Shown: positions 8,059 to 16,632 of the stretch, in pieces
Numbering within the stretch: position 1 is the stretch's first letter
How the letters are laid out: each line of letters opens with the position of its first letter
Origin: an uncultured Chloroflexia bacterium
GTDB lineage: Bacteria > Chloroflexota > Ktedonobacteria > Ktedonobacterales > JADMIN01
Assembly (NCBI GenBank): GCA_963718915.1
Contig: CAVRAI010000001.1
Coordinates: forward strand, 180,001-212,000
Reading direction: 5' to 3'
Length of the DNA stretch: 32,000 nt
Notes under the pieces: model-generated
Databases searched by the model: none
Told to the model about the DNA's origin: nothing
The model's input: only the letters and a program-made list of their open reading frames with translations
Made by a program: the position numbers and the translations under genes

Positions 8059-8529
8059 TCAGGCGCTTGCGCGCGCCAGCAGAATGGTCGGCGACTCGGC
8101 TTCGCGGGCCGGTACGTGATTGCACGCGCCCAGCCGGTACTTCATCTTGCGAGCAATGGAGCGCAACCCCCGCCGGTTACGGTAGATGGTGATGACATCT
8201 CCGTCTGAGGAGACGATCACAATCGAGCCTTCCAGCCGCGATACCCAGCTCGCGCGGCGGTCGCATGGGGGAATATCGCGCCGACCAAGAAAATAGAACA
8301 GTGCGCCCGTCCGCTGGATCATCCGGCCATGTGCCAGCACATAGTCCACCGCGTCTGGCGCCACATTGCGGCGAGCGCTCCGCCTGCGCGCATGTCGGGT
8401 AAACGAGGCGACACTCGATCCCAGCCCCTGTTCTGTGAATGAACCTCCCTCCTCCAATACCTCCATCGTGTCCAGCACATCACGTACATCCACCATACCC
8501 ATCGTGCCCTGCCCACTCTCATCTCTCAC
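8059..8529 (-). CDS. DUF4258-like protein (toxin-like small nuclease fold), start uncertain
   Basis: The core FTRHARRRSARRNVAPDAVDYVLAHGRMIQRTGALFYFLGRR...GSIVIVSSDGDVITIYRNRR follows the DUF4258 pattern (HA..R...R.I....I......G..I ... VIT.Y). The track start is a GTG at 8529, with alternative ATGs at 8502 and 8496. Confidence 0.5.
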   Translation of the reverse strand: MRDESGQGTMGMVDVRDVLDTMEVLEEGGSFTEQGLGSSVASFTRHARRRSARRNVAPDAVDYVLAHGRMIQRTGALFYFLGRRDIPPCDRRASWVSRLEGSIVIVSSDGDVITIYRNRRGLRSIARKMKYRLGACNHVPAREAESPTILLARASA

Positions 8530-8670
8530 ATCTCTCGCGCCGGTTTTTGCTCTTGCCGTCTATGGTTTAGATGCGTCATTCGCGGACAAAAGCGGAAATG
8601 GGGTAGAAGGATCTGCGATTTTTCGTGGGAACAGAGGGCGCTGGCGGCTGCCCTGCACACCGTCTTTGTC

Positions 8671-8708
8671 GGCCAGCCCTTCTACCCAGTCCCTGCCTGG
8701 CCTGCTAC
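8671..8708. repeat. 38-bp repeat, copy A (31/38 identical to 9490-9527)
   Basis: GGCCAGCCCTTCTACCCAGTCCCTGCCTGGCCTGCTAC versus GGTCAGCCACTCTATCCAGCCTCTGCCTGACCTGCTAC, aligned by eye. The two copies flank the esterase gene. Confidence 0.7.
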
Positions 8709-8783
8709 CGCGCCAGTTCATACGCGGTGAGAAGAGACATCTGCGCATACTATCAGAAAAGCTTACAGAGCAGAGGTGCGAAA

Positions 8784-9446
8784 ATGAATGACCGAGCCAT
8801 CGCGGGAGAGTTTGTGAGCGAGACATTCGACTACGACGGTGGTCGGCAGGTTACGGTGTATGTCCCGCCAGATCCGCCTGAGGCAGTCGTCTTCGCTGGT
8901 GACGGGCAGAGGATCTCGCAGTGGGGCCGGTTCCTCGAGGCAGCCGACGTACCGCCGACGATGATCGTCGGTATACATGGGCTGACGGACGAGAAGCTGC
9001 GACTCCAGGAGTATTCACCGGTCTTTGACGCTGAACGGTTCGCAGCACATGAGCAGTTCTTCGTGGAAGACGTCCGCCACTGGACAGCGTCGCAGTTTGG
9101 AGTAGCCCTGCCCACTGAACGCACCGCGGTGTTCGGCGCCTCGGCGGGTGGAGAACTCGCGCTCGCTCTTGGGCTCCGGCATCCCGACGTTTATGGCGCG
9201 ATCTTCTGCGCCTCGCCGGGCGCGGGCTACCAACCGGCCGAGGTGATGTCGAGTAGGATTCCGCGCACGTACCTTGTTGCCGGCACGCAAGAGCCGTTCT
9301 TCCTTGAGAACGCGGCGAGGTGGGCGGCTGCGCTGCGCGCTGCGGGCGCCGACGTCGTCATGAAAGAGCGGGTCGGATCGCACGGCGGCGCGTTCTGGCG
9401 AAATGAGTTCCCGCTGATGGTGGCGTGGGCGTTTGGACGCAAATAG
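8784..9446 (+). CDS. Alpha/beta hydrolase, putative esterase family (enterochelin-esterase-like)
   Basis: The protein starts MNDRAIAGEF... from an ATG at 8784 with AGAGGTG upstream. The nucleophile elbow is GASAGG, and PxxxxYLVAGTQEPFF and GSHGGAFW are typical of the putative-esterase family. Confidence 0.75.
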   Translation: MNDRAIAGEFVSETFDYDGGRQVTVYVPPDPPEAVVFAGDGQRISQWGRFLEAADVPPTMIVGIHGLTDEKLRLQEYSPVFDAERFAAHEQFFVEDVRHWTASQFGVALPTERTAVFGASAGGELALALGLRHPDVYGAIFCASPGAGYQPAEVMSSRIPRTYLVAGTQEPFFLENAARWAAALRAAGADVVMKERVGSHGGAFWRNEFPLMVAWAFGRK

Positions 9447-9482
9447 AATACCTTCTACGTAGCAGGAAATTGCTGAAGAATT

Positions 9483-9528
9483 CGTAGCAGGTCAGCCACT
9501 CTATCCAGCCTCTGCCTGACCTGCTACG
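9483..9528. repeat. Perfect 13-bp inverted repeat with 20-nt loop (terminator or REP/MITE-like element), overlaps copy B of the 38-bp repeat
   Basis: CGTAGCAGGTCAG (9483-9495) pairs with CTGACCTGCTACG (9516-9528). An extra CGTAGCAGG copy lies at 9458-9466. The element sits between convergent genes. Confidence 0.8.
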
Positions 9529-9725
9529 AAATACCTCCGTACAACGTGTCGGGTAAACCAGCCGGAGCCTGCCAGGGAATAGGCTGGGGATGCGGGAAAT
9601 TCGCCGTAGCATTCACGCTACGGTCTGCCTCGCCTACCGCGACATATGGTGTTCGGAAGAAAAAGTGAAAGTTCATAACGATCCAGCGCAGATCCCAAGT
9701 GACAACAGCTCAAGCACATGTGGTG

Positions 9726-12700
9726 TCAGTTGCTCGTGGCGGCGGGTATTGGGCTGGGATCGGCGCTCTCGGGGTCGGATGGGCAGACATAGCAGAAGGC
9801 GCAGGCGGCGCAACGACGCTCATTGGGGCGTGGCGCGAAAGCACCGGCGACGATACCCCTCGCCGCTTCATCCAGTTTGTCCAGCTTCGAGCGGCTCTTC
9901 CGCTCTGGGTCAAGATAGCGTTCGGCGGCTTTGCGCGCTTCATCGGTGACATCGCGCTGATGCCGTGGATCATACGAGTCCGCCGAGTCCGCCGAGTCCG
10001 CCGACGCATCATCCAGCGTCCCGCTAGTGTAGGCAAGGACGATCCGTACCGGAACTCCAGGGTGTTGCTGTTGATACGCCAGATAGTAGAGCGGCAGGGT
10101 CAGATCGTCTTTATGGGCGTCGCGGGGACGCCCGGTATGCAGTCGCACCAGGATGGTCAGCGGCGCGGCGCCCTCACCAGAGGAGATGCTACCGTCGATC
10201 TCGCGGTCAGCCGTCACCTCGACGACGCAGTGCTTCAGGTCGGCCTGTAGTGGCTGCGCCAGCCGCACCCGCTCGGACGCCGCCACTCCCTCCGGCGACG
10301 TGATCGCCCGCCACTCTTCGCGCAGAATAGCCTCCGCAGCCTGCCGATAGAAGTCTTCGTAGGCATGCCCCGCTGGGCCGACCTCGTCCCAGAGCGGTTG
10401 AAGTCGCGCCTCGGCGGCTTTCCAGTCCGCTCCGGGGCTGGCTGCCTGGACATCACGTAATGTCCGCGCGCCCTGGCGGATGAACGCATGGAAGCTGTAG
10501 ACAGCCTCTCGCGCGGGATCGCGAAAATCGTGGATGCGCAGGTATTTGTATTGCAGTGGACATTCCAGATACTGGTTCAGGTCGTGCAGCCGGAAGACTG
10601 GCTTCTCGCGTGGCGATTGCGCGGGCGTCCGCTCAGACACAGGCGCCGCAGCGAACGAACCATCGCTCTCGCTTTCGTCCTCTTCGTCGTCGTTCGTCTC
10701 CTCGAAGGTGGCGGCGACGGCCAGCAGACGCTCGCACTCCTCGTCGGAGAGCAGCGGTTCGGCGGCCTCCCAACCCGGCGCGCCATCCATGAGCGCCAGC
10801 AGCGATGATCGCTCCGCCGTGCGCCCGTTGCTATAGCTGGCGGCGCGACTGAAGGCAACGATATCGCGCGCGCGGGTGACGCCGACGTAGAAGAGGCAGC
10901 GCTCCTCCGCGTCACGCTCGCCGGGTGTATCGCCATCGCGAAATCCGGGCGGCGCAATCTCTTCGCGCCCAGGCCTGCCCGCCGGAAACTGGCCGTGCGC
11001 CAGGTTGGGCAGCAGCACTACCGGAAATTCCAGCCCTTTGCTCTGGTGCAGTGTCAGGATATGGACGGCATCCTCATTTCCAGCCGGGACAGGCACCGCG
11101 ACATCGGTTGCCCGCAGCGCGCGCAGATAGTGCAGAAAGCAGGTCACTACCGGGACGGCCTCGTCAGGTTGCGCGGAGGCAGGGGCAGCGGATGGCATGA
11201 CATCGGCATTGGGCGCGGGAGCGAGCGTATCGGGTTGCGCGGCGCGCGCCGCCTTCCGATGGCGTACCGCGCGGCTCAATCGGGCGCGGAACTCTGGCTC
11301 TGCCTGCCAGCGCGCGTCGAAGCGCCATGCCAGCCGCACCAGTTCGCCGAGCGCCGCCAGCGCCTGGCTCGCCTGCCCAGCGGTCTCCAGGCCAGGAAGC
11401 GCATCCTGTCGCTGTGGCGCATCCTGGCCATCGGCGACGCGCGCCAGCCGCCAGGCATATCCTCCCGACAGCAGCAGAAAATCCGCCAGCTTGGCGCCCA
11501 CGAAGGAGCTATTGCGCAGTCCTGTTGCAATTTCGCCCAGCCGGACGAGTCCGGCGCGTGTCGTCGGCGCGAGCGGCGGAATCTGGCCAAGCATGTGTCC
11601 GTCCCGTAGCGCGCCAGGGAGCGCGCGCTGCTGGATTGAGAGATAGCGCGCCGTGGCGGCAAGCTCATTCCCTGCGGGAGCTGAGCAACCAAGGGCGACC
11701 AGGAGCGGAGCGGAGCGCAGGACTCCGCGCGCATCTGGTCCCGCCGCCAGTGTGAGCAGCATCAGCGCGTCCTTCACCTCTGACCGCTCGAAGAAATCGC
11801 CAAGCTGGCTGACGGGTACGCCTCGTCTGGTGAGGATGGCGGCGATCTGGCGCGCCTGCTTGTGCGTGCGACAGAGAATCGCCTGGTCGCCATAGCGATA
11901 GTCGTGCACATGGAAGCGCTCGATGGCCGCCGCCAGCCCAACGCGCTCGTGTGCCGCGCTGGCGAATGTCTCCGTGCGCAGAATGGGTTGATGGGCGCCG
12001 TCGCCACGCGCCGGTTCCAGGTCGAGCGGTTGCAGCGCCTCATGCAACGCGCCTGTGGATGGGACTGGGGACAAGGAGGTCGGGGCCAGCCGCGCCAGCT
12101 GCGTCGCCATCGCGGAACCGAGCCGCACAATGCCTGGCACAGCGCGATAGCATCGTCGCAGCCTCAGCACACGCAGATTGGGGTAGCGCTCCGCCAGTCG
12201 CGGGAGATTGCCCGGTGAGGCGCCACGAAATCGATAGATCGACTGATTCTGATCGCCCACCACCCAGAGACCGCCGCCAGCGTCGCCCGCGATCAGCAGC
12301 AGCAATTCGGCAGCCGCGCGGTTGGTATCCTGGAACTCATCCACGAGAATCTGGGAATAGCGCCCACGTACGTGGGCCAAAACGGCGCGATTCGCTCGCA
12401 ACAACTCGACGGCGCGTTGAATCAGGCCGCCAAAGTCCACCAGTCCGCGCCGACGCAATGCACGATCCCAGACCGCATAGGCCGCGGCCCGCTCGCGCGC
12501 TCGTGCAATCTGCTCATCGGTAAATGCGCCATCTGGCGGCTGAATCTTCCGGCTCTGCCTTTTCCGCGCGCTCCCTGGCGATTCGATCTCCGTTGATGCG
12601 TCTGGCGCGGGCATCCGCGGCATCGCATCCACCAGCGCCAGGTAGTCCATGGGGGTCAGCAGCTCGTCGCGCGCGTGGGAGAAATCATCCAGGAGCGTGC

Positions 12701-13796
12701 GCAGGTGCGCGGTGGGATTGCCCAGCGAGCGGTAGTAGTGCAGTGGCAACTCGCCGAGCAACCCCTCCATCAGCAGGAAGGCGTTCGGCTCGTCGAGAAT
12801 GCGGAAGTCGGCGGTGAGTTCGGCCTCGTCGGGCGTGTGTGGCGCTTGCGAGGCGTATTCGCGCAGGAGCGTGGCGGCGAAGGCGTGGATCGTCATGATG
12901 GGCATACGCTCGCCCGGCAGTCCGCTTCGCTCCAGGCGCTCGCGCATCTCGCCAGCGGCACGGTTCGAGAACGTCAATGCCAGCACCTCTTCTGGCTGGA
13001 TGTGGCGTTCTTCGATGAGATGGGCGGCGCGACCAACCAGGGTCGCCGTCTTACCTGTTCCAGGGCCAGCCACGACCAGCGCGGGGCCGGGCGCGCGCGC
13101 GGCCAGCCGCTGCCCGTCATCCAGTTGCGCGATCAGTTCACCCGGAGCGTGTGCTTCACCGCTGTTTGCCTCTTGCGATGGTGCGGGCGCGCTTATGCCA
13201 TCCGTCGGTCGCTCCGGCGCCAGGACAGCGTCGATGAGGCGGCGGCGCGCCAGCAGATGCGAGATGCCAAAGTGGAGAGCCAGTTGCGCGGCGCCTATCG
13301 CGGAGCCTGAGGTAAAGATGCGGCGCACCTCGGCGCGTGGGGCCAGCAATTCGGCGGCAAAGGCGTTGGCCTCCTGTTCGCGCCGAACCCGTGGCGAATA
13401 TTCCTCGACGACACGGTCTTCGCTACGCAGGGCGGCGGCATCGGTCTGTTGATTCACTGCCCGCTCGTCACATGGCGCAAAGAGGCGGATACCCTCGCCG
13501 CGATGGAGCATGTAGTGGCCCAGTTCGTGCGCGATGGCAAACCGCCGCAGTTCTGGGTCCAGGTCGGCGCTCAGCCAGATGGCGCCGCCGAGACGGGGAT
13601 TCTCCCACGCCCAGAGTTGCAGCCGTGAATAGGCGCCGCCCAGCATCACATCGTCGCTGGGGCAGGGCTGAAGCTCGATCCCCAGGATGACGCGCAGGTG
13701 GTCGCTGTGGACGGCATCCGCGCTGGTGTCAGCGATCAGTTGCGCGCGCAAGGTAGCGGCGGCGCGTTCAATAACTTCGATACGTTTTGTAGGCAT
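9726..13796 (-). CDS. Fusion protein: ImmA/IrrE-type (M78) metallopeptidase + UvrD/PcrA-type SF1 helicase + C-terminal Cas4/AddB-like PD-(D/E)XK nuclease with Cys cluster
   Basis: 1356 aa from an ATG at 13796 with TGAGGA upstream. Peptidase motifs are HELGH (aa 90-94) and EQEANAFAAELLAP. Helicase motifs are GPGTGKT, TFSNRAAGEM, VDEFQDTN, GDQNQSIYRFRGA, LHQSKGLEFP and EERCLFYVGVTRA. The nuclease part has YLECPLQYKY, LPLYYLAYQQ and a terminal CAACAFCYVC. Confidence 0.9.
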   Translation of the reverse strand: MPTKRIEVIERAAATLRAQLIADTSADAVHSDHLRVILGIELQPCPSDDVMLGGAYSRLQLWAWENPRLGGAIWLSADLDPELRRFAIAHELGHYMLHRGEGIRLFAPCDERAVNQQTDAAALRSEDRVVEEYSPRVRREQEANAFAAELLAPRAEVRRIFTSGSAIGAAQLALHFGISHLLARRRLIDAVLAPERPTDGISAPAPSQEANSGEAHAPGELIAQLDDGQRLAARAPGPALVVAGPGTGKTATLVGRAAHLIEERHIQPEEVLALTFSNRAAGEMRERLERSGLPGERMPIMTIHAFAATLLREYASQAPHTPDEAELTADFRILDEPNAFLLMEGLLGELPLHYYRSLGNPTAHLRTLLDDFSHARDELLTPMDYLALVDAMPRMPAPDASTEIESPGSARKRQSRKIQPPDGAFTDEQIARARERAAAYAVWDRALRRRGLVDFGGLIQRAVELLRANRAVLAHVRGRYSQILVDEFQDTNRAAAELLLLIAGDAGGGLWVVGDQNQSIYRFRGASPGNLPRLAERYPNLRVLRLRRCYRAVPGIVRLGSAMATQLARLAPTSLSPVPSTGALHEALQPLDLEPARGDGAHQPILRTETFASAAHERVGLAAAIERFHVHDYRYGDQAILCRTHKQARQIAAILTRRGVPVSQLGDFFERSEVKDALMLLTLAAGPDARGVLRSAPLLVALGCSAPAGNELAATARYLSIQQRALPGALRDGHMLGQIPPLAPTTRAGLVRLGEIATGLRNSSFVGAKLADFLLLSGGYAWRLARVADGQDAPQRQDALPGLETAGQASQALAALGELVRLAWRFDARWQAEPEFRARLSRAVRHRKAARAAQPDTLAPAPNADVMPSAAPASAQPDEAVPVVTCFLHYLRALRATDVAVPVPAGNEDAVHILTLHQSKGLEFPVVLLPNLAHGQFPAGRPGREEIAPPGFRDGDTPGERDAEERCLFYVGVTRARDIVAFSRAASYSNGRTAERSSLLALMDGAPGWEAAEPLLSDEECERLLAVAATFEETNDDEEDESESDGSFAAAPVSERTPAQSPREKPVFRLHDLNQYLECPLQYKYLRIHDFRDPAREAVYSFHAFIRQGARTLRDVQAASPGADWKAAEARLQPLWDEVGPAGHAYEDFYRQAAEAILREEWRAITSPEGVAASERVRLAQPLQADLKHCVVEVTADREIDGSISSGEGAAPLTILVRLHTGRPRDAHKDDLTLPLYYLAYQQQHPGVPVRIVLAYTSGTLDDASADSADSADSYDPRHQRDVTDEARKAAERYLDPERKSRSKLDKLDEAARGIVAGAFAPRPNERRCAACAFCYVCPSDPESADPSPIPAATSN
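9975..10001. repeat. 9-bp tandem repeat CGAGTCCGC x3 inside the helicase-nuclease gene
   Basis: Read directly from the sequence. On the minus strand it encodes SADSADSADS in a linker just before the C-terminal Cys cluster region. Confidence 0.9.
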
Positions 13797-13870
13797 GATG
13801 AATCCTCAGCGGCTCTCTCATCGCTGCACTTAAAGCATTTCGTGTTGTGTATTGGGATATGTGGGCGGGG

Positions 13871-14515
13871 TTACGGGCTGTTATTCGCCTCCGCGCGCAC
13901 GATCTCGGCCCACTCACGCTTGCCTTCGGGGGAGAGCGCGCTGGCGTCGACCGCGTCGAGGAAGGTCTGCTGCTTCTGGTCTGGCTGCTGGTCGGCCATG
14001 TAGAAGCCGCCCGCTGGCGTTGCGTTCAGATACGCGCGGATGACCTCGGGCGCCGTCTTCAGCACGTCGGCGAATCGCTGGATGAGCGCGCGCGGGATGG
14101 ACGCGGCGCTGATGGCGTGCGCCTCCAGCCTTTGCAGGAGCGCGCCGGTCAGGCCAACGGCCTCGGCGAGTTGTGGTGGTGTGTAGTTGGCGCGTAACCC
14201 CAATTGCACCAGGCTTTCGACAGCGACGGGCGCCGCTTGCACGCTCTGTGCCCGTATCCGCGCCATCGCCTTCTCGGCTGCGGGCGATAAGACGGGATCG
14301 GGTGGCCCAACCAGCGATTCGGTCGCAAATCCGATAGTATGGTAATAGACGGCAAACTCCAGCAGTTCGCCGGTATATTGCGGGTAACGCCGCACGTAGT
14401 CTTCGATGCGTGGCGATTGCCCGGCATGATAGGCGTCGACGTACTGCGCAATGATGCTGTCGATCTCGTACTGGCGCTTCCGCTGTGCGCGTCGAGCATT
14501 ATTCTGATCAGACAC
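13871..14515 (-). CDS. XRE-like helix-turn-helix protein (ImmR-like or anti-sigma-like partner), otherwise uncharacterised
   Basis: The preferred start is a GTG at 14515, preceded by GAGGAGGG and overlapping the sigma gene stop by 8 nt (GTGTCTGA). The alternative is an ATG at 14539. The HTH-like segment reads YTPPQLAEAVGLTGALLQRLEAHAISAASIP. Confidence 0.65.
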   Translation of the reverse strand: MSDQNNARRAQRKRQYEIDSIIAQYVDAYHAGQSPRIEDYVRRYPQYTGELLEFAVYYHTIGFATESLVGPPDPVLSPAAEKAMARIRAQSVQAAPVAVESLVQLGLRANYTPPQLAEAVGLTGALLQRLEAHAISAASIPRALIQRFADVLKTAPEVIRAYLNATPAGGFYMADQQPDQKQQTFLDAVDASALSPEGKREWAEIVRAEANNSP

Positions 14516-15509
14516 CGTTGCCCTCCTCACCGCCGCCATAGCTCACGCCGAGTTCGCGCAGGGCTTTTTTCAGAAGATACCGTACCATCCGGGGAGTGAC
14601 ACCCAGTTTCGCGGCCGTTTCGTCCTGAGGCAGACTCTCCCGGAACCGATCGATGATCACTGTTCGCTGGTCTTCGGGCAACTCGCGCACCTTGTCGAGC
14701 AGATCACTCAGATCAACCTGTCGAAACGGCGTTTGAGCGTCCATATCTTCCAGTTGGTCGTCGAGCGGAAAGTCGCCTTCACGCTCTGGCGTTGCCTGTA
14801 TGCTATCTATTACATTGGTAGGGACGCGAGTTGGCTTTTCTACACCTGGCCGCTGCCACTCCCCCGCTTTTTTCATGACATCCTGGGCAACATGTTGCCG
14901 CAACCGTAAGAACGCTGTCTCAAAGCGGGTGAGCAGGAATATCTCATCATCGCTAGCTTCATCGTCGCTCAACTCCTGCCACAGTTTAATGAAGCACTCC
15001 TGCTCAAGATCCTGCTGAAGTTCTGGTTTCATGCCGGAGCGCGCCATTCCGGCGACATCCCTGGACCAATGCTTTACGCGGGGTTGAACCCGTCGCCAGA
15101 TCATCTTCAGAACACGGTTCGCATCATCGTTTGCGCCAGCGGCATAACGCTCGCGGTAACAGCGCGCCAGCACCTCCAATGGCAACCGCTGCTCGGCAAT
15201 TGGCTGCTCGATGCGCTGCCAGTAGTCGCCGCTGCCAACTGGAGGGAGCGCGTGGAATTCCGCGTCCAGTTGCGCGCGCAGGGGCGCATAGGGATCATCC
15301 TGGGTATCTTGCACGCCTGACTCCTTCATTTGATAGTAGTCAGTCGCGTCGCCGTAATTCGCTGGCCTGATCGCCGTGGCATATGCCAGAGCGTCGTCAG
15401 TCAGTGGGCGCTCGCGATTACGCCCAGTATAGGAGATTGCGCTGCCAGCGTCAAAGTCTGACGTAAAGACATCGCGCGGGTAATGACCTGACATCGCGAC
15501 ATTGTCCAT
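14508..15509 (-). CDS. Atypical sigma-70 family (ECF-like) RNA polymerase sigma factor with long N-terminal extension
   Basis: 333 aa. A region 2-like segment reads LEQECFIKLWQEL. The region 4 HTH reads LPEDQRTVIIDRFRESLPQDETAAKLGVTPRMVRYLLKKALRELG. About 160 aa at the N-terminus have no motif I recognise. A strong RBS GAGGAGGGG lies upstream. Confidence 0.7.
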   Translation of the reverse strand: MDNVAMSGHYPRDVFTSDFDAGSAISYTGRNRERPLTDDALAYATAIRPANYGDATDYYQMKESGVQDTQDDPYAPLRAQLDAEFHALPPVGSGDYWQRIEQPIAEQRLPLEVLARCYRERYAAGANDDANRVLKMIWRRVQPRVKHWSRDVAGMARSGMKPELQQDLEQECFIKLWQELSDDEASDDEIFLLTRFETAFLRLRQHVAQDVMKKAGEWQRPGVEKPTRVPTNVIDSIQATPEREGDFPLDDQLEDMDAQTPFRQVDLSDLLDKVRELPEDQRTVIIDRFRESLPQDETAAKLGVTPRMVRYLLKKALRELGVSYGGGEEGNGV

Positions 15510-15539
15510 CAGCGCATTCCCCTCCTCTGGCCGTAGCGT

Positions 15540-16475
15540 CTATCTATCCCATACAGCACGATCAGAGGGAAGCGGAAAACCCCACCTCACTCGAAGACGC
15601 CGCGCGCGACCATACGCACATCCCCGGTGACGTATACCGCCGCGATCACCCCATCCGCGCCCTCGACCCGGACACGCATCTGGCTGGGCCGACTCGAGGA
15701 AACGCCCCTGTCGCAGGGTGATTTCCTCATTAGGCGACGCTAACCCATGCTGGACGAGATAGGCGCCGACCGGGCCAGCCGCACTGCCAGTGGCAACGTC
15801 CTCCACGCGGCCGTCGTTATCCCAGGTGCGTCCCTCACGAGTAGGTACATGTAGCACGTAGACGAACTTCGCCCCGACTGAGGCAAGCAATGCCTCGAAT
15901 CCAGGCTGCACAATCGCGGCGCGCTCCAGCCCACTGGCGAGCGGCGCCAGCAGATACGGCAGTCCAGTCGAGACGACCTCCAGCGGCAGACCGGGATAGA
16001 GATCGCTTTCTTCGAGATCGAGCGCGGCGAGGATCAGACTGACCATCTCCGCACCCAGCGTCGCGCCAAATTGCGGACGGCCCTGATCCATCGTCGCCTC
16101 ATACCAGCCCTCGCGGCGGATGGTGCTGACCTGGATTGGTCCCACCGGAAGCTCCAGCGTCCACTCGGCGCGCTCGCCCGCGTCGCCGACATAGTACAGC
16201 CGCTCGTGCAGCACACAAGCCGCGCCAAGCACGGGATGCCCCGCGAACGGCAGTTCTTCCTCCATTGTGAAGACCCGCGCCCCGACGCGATGTATCTCAG
16301 TAGTCGGCATGAGAAAAATCGACTCGAACTGACGCATTTCCCGCGTGATGCCCTGCATCGTCGCAGGCGCAAGCCCACCCGCCTCGGGAAAAACGATCAG
16401 CCCATTGCCCGAGAGCGCCTCGCGCGTGAATACATCGACGTGGCGATACTCCAGACCCTGCAATGACTCATCCAT
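15540..16475 (-). CDS. PhzF-family isomerase/epimerase with an apparent 1-nt frameshift near its 3' end
   Basis: YRHVDVFTREALSGNGLIVF...MRQFESIFL...LPFAGHPVLGAA is a clear PhzF signature. After ITLRQG (about nt 15690) the family-typical C-terminus RPSQMRVRVEGADGVIAAVYVTGDVRMVARGVFE* is read in another frame, with its stop at 15587-15589. The annotated frame runs on to 15540 with Arg/Gly-rich junk. Confidence 0.8.
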   Translation of the reverse strand: MDESLQGLEYRHVDVFTREALSGNGLIVFPEAGGLAPATMQGITREMRQFESIFLMPTTEIHRVGARVFTMEEELPFAGHPVLGAACVLHERLYYVGDAGERAEWTLELPVGPIQVSTIRREGWYEATMDQGRPQFGATLGAEMVSLILAALDLEESDLYPGLPLEVVSTGLPYLLAPLASGLERAAIVQPGFEALLASVGAKFVYVLHVPTREGRTWDNDGRVEDVATGSAAGPVGAYLVQHGLASPNEEITLRQGRFLESAQPDACPGRGRGWGDRGGIRHRGCAYGRARRLRVRWGFPLPSDRAVWDR

Positions 16476-16632
16476 CGCGTGCCTCGCAATCATGCCGCAA
16501 TTTTCTACCCGGTAACTACGGCTTGAGTATACGCCGCATGGTGCGACAAAGGTCGCAGCCAACGTGGCTCGCCGGGCGGTAGCGTAGAGAGAAGCGAGAC
16601 CATCAGCGGACGAATTCGCGAGGAGGGTAACT

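Noticed and set aside
10995-13452. Several long plus-strand ORFs (for example 10995..11609, 12675..13310, 12799..13452, 11951..12523) antisense to the helicase-nuclease gene
   Set aside because: They are Arg/Ala/Pro/Gly-rich translations typical of the antisense strand of high-GC genes. They carry no motifs and no RBS, and they overlap a gene with an unambiguous full set of helicase motifs.
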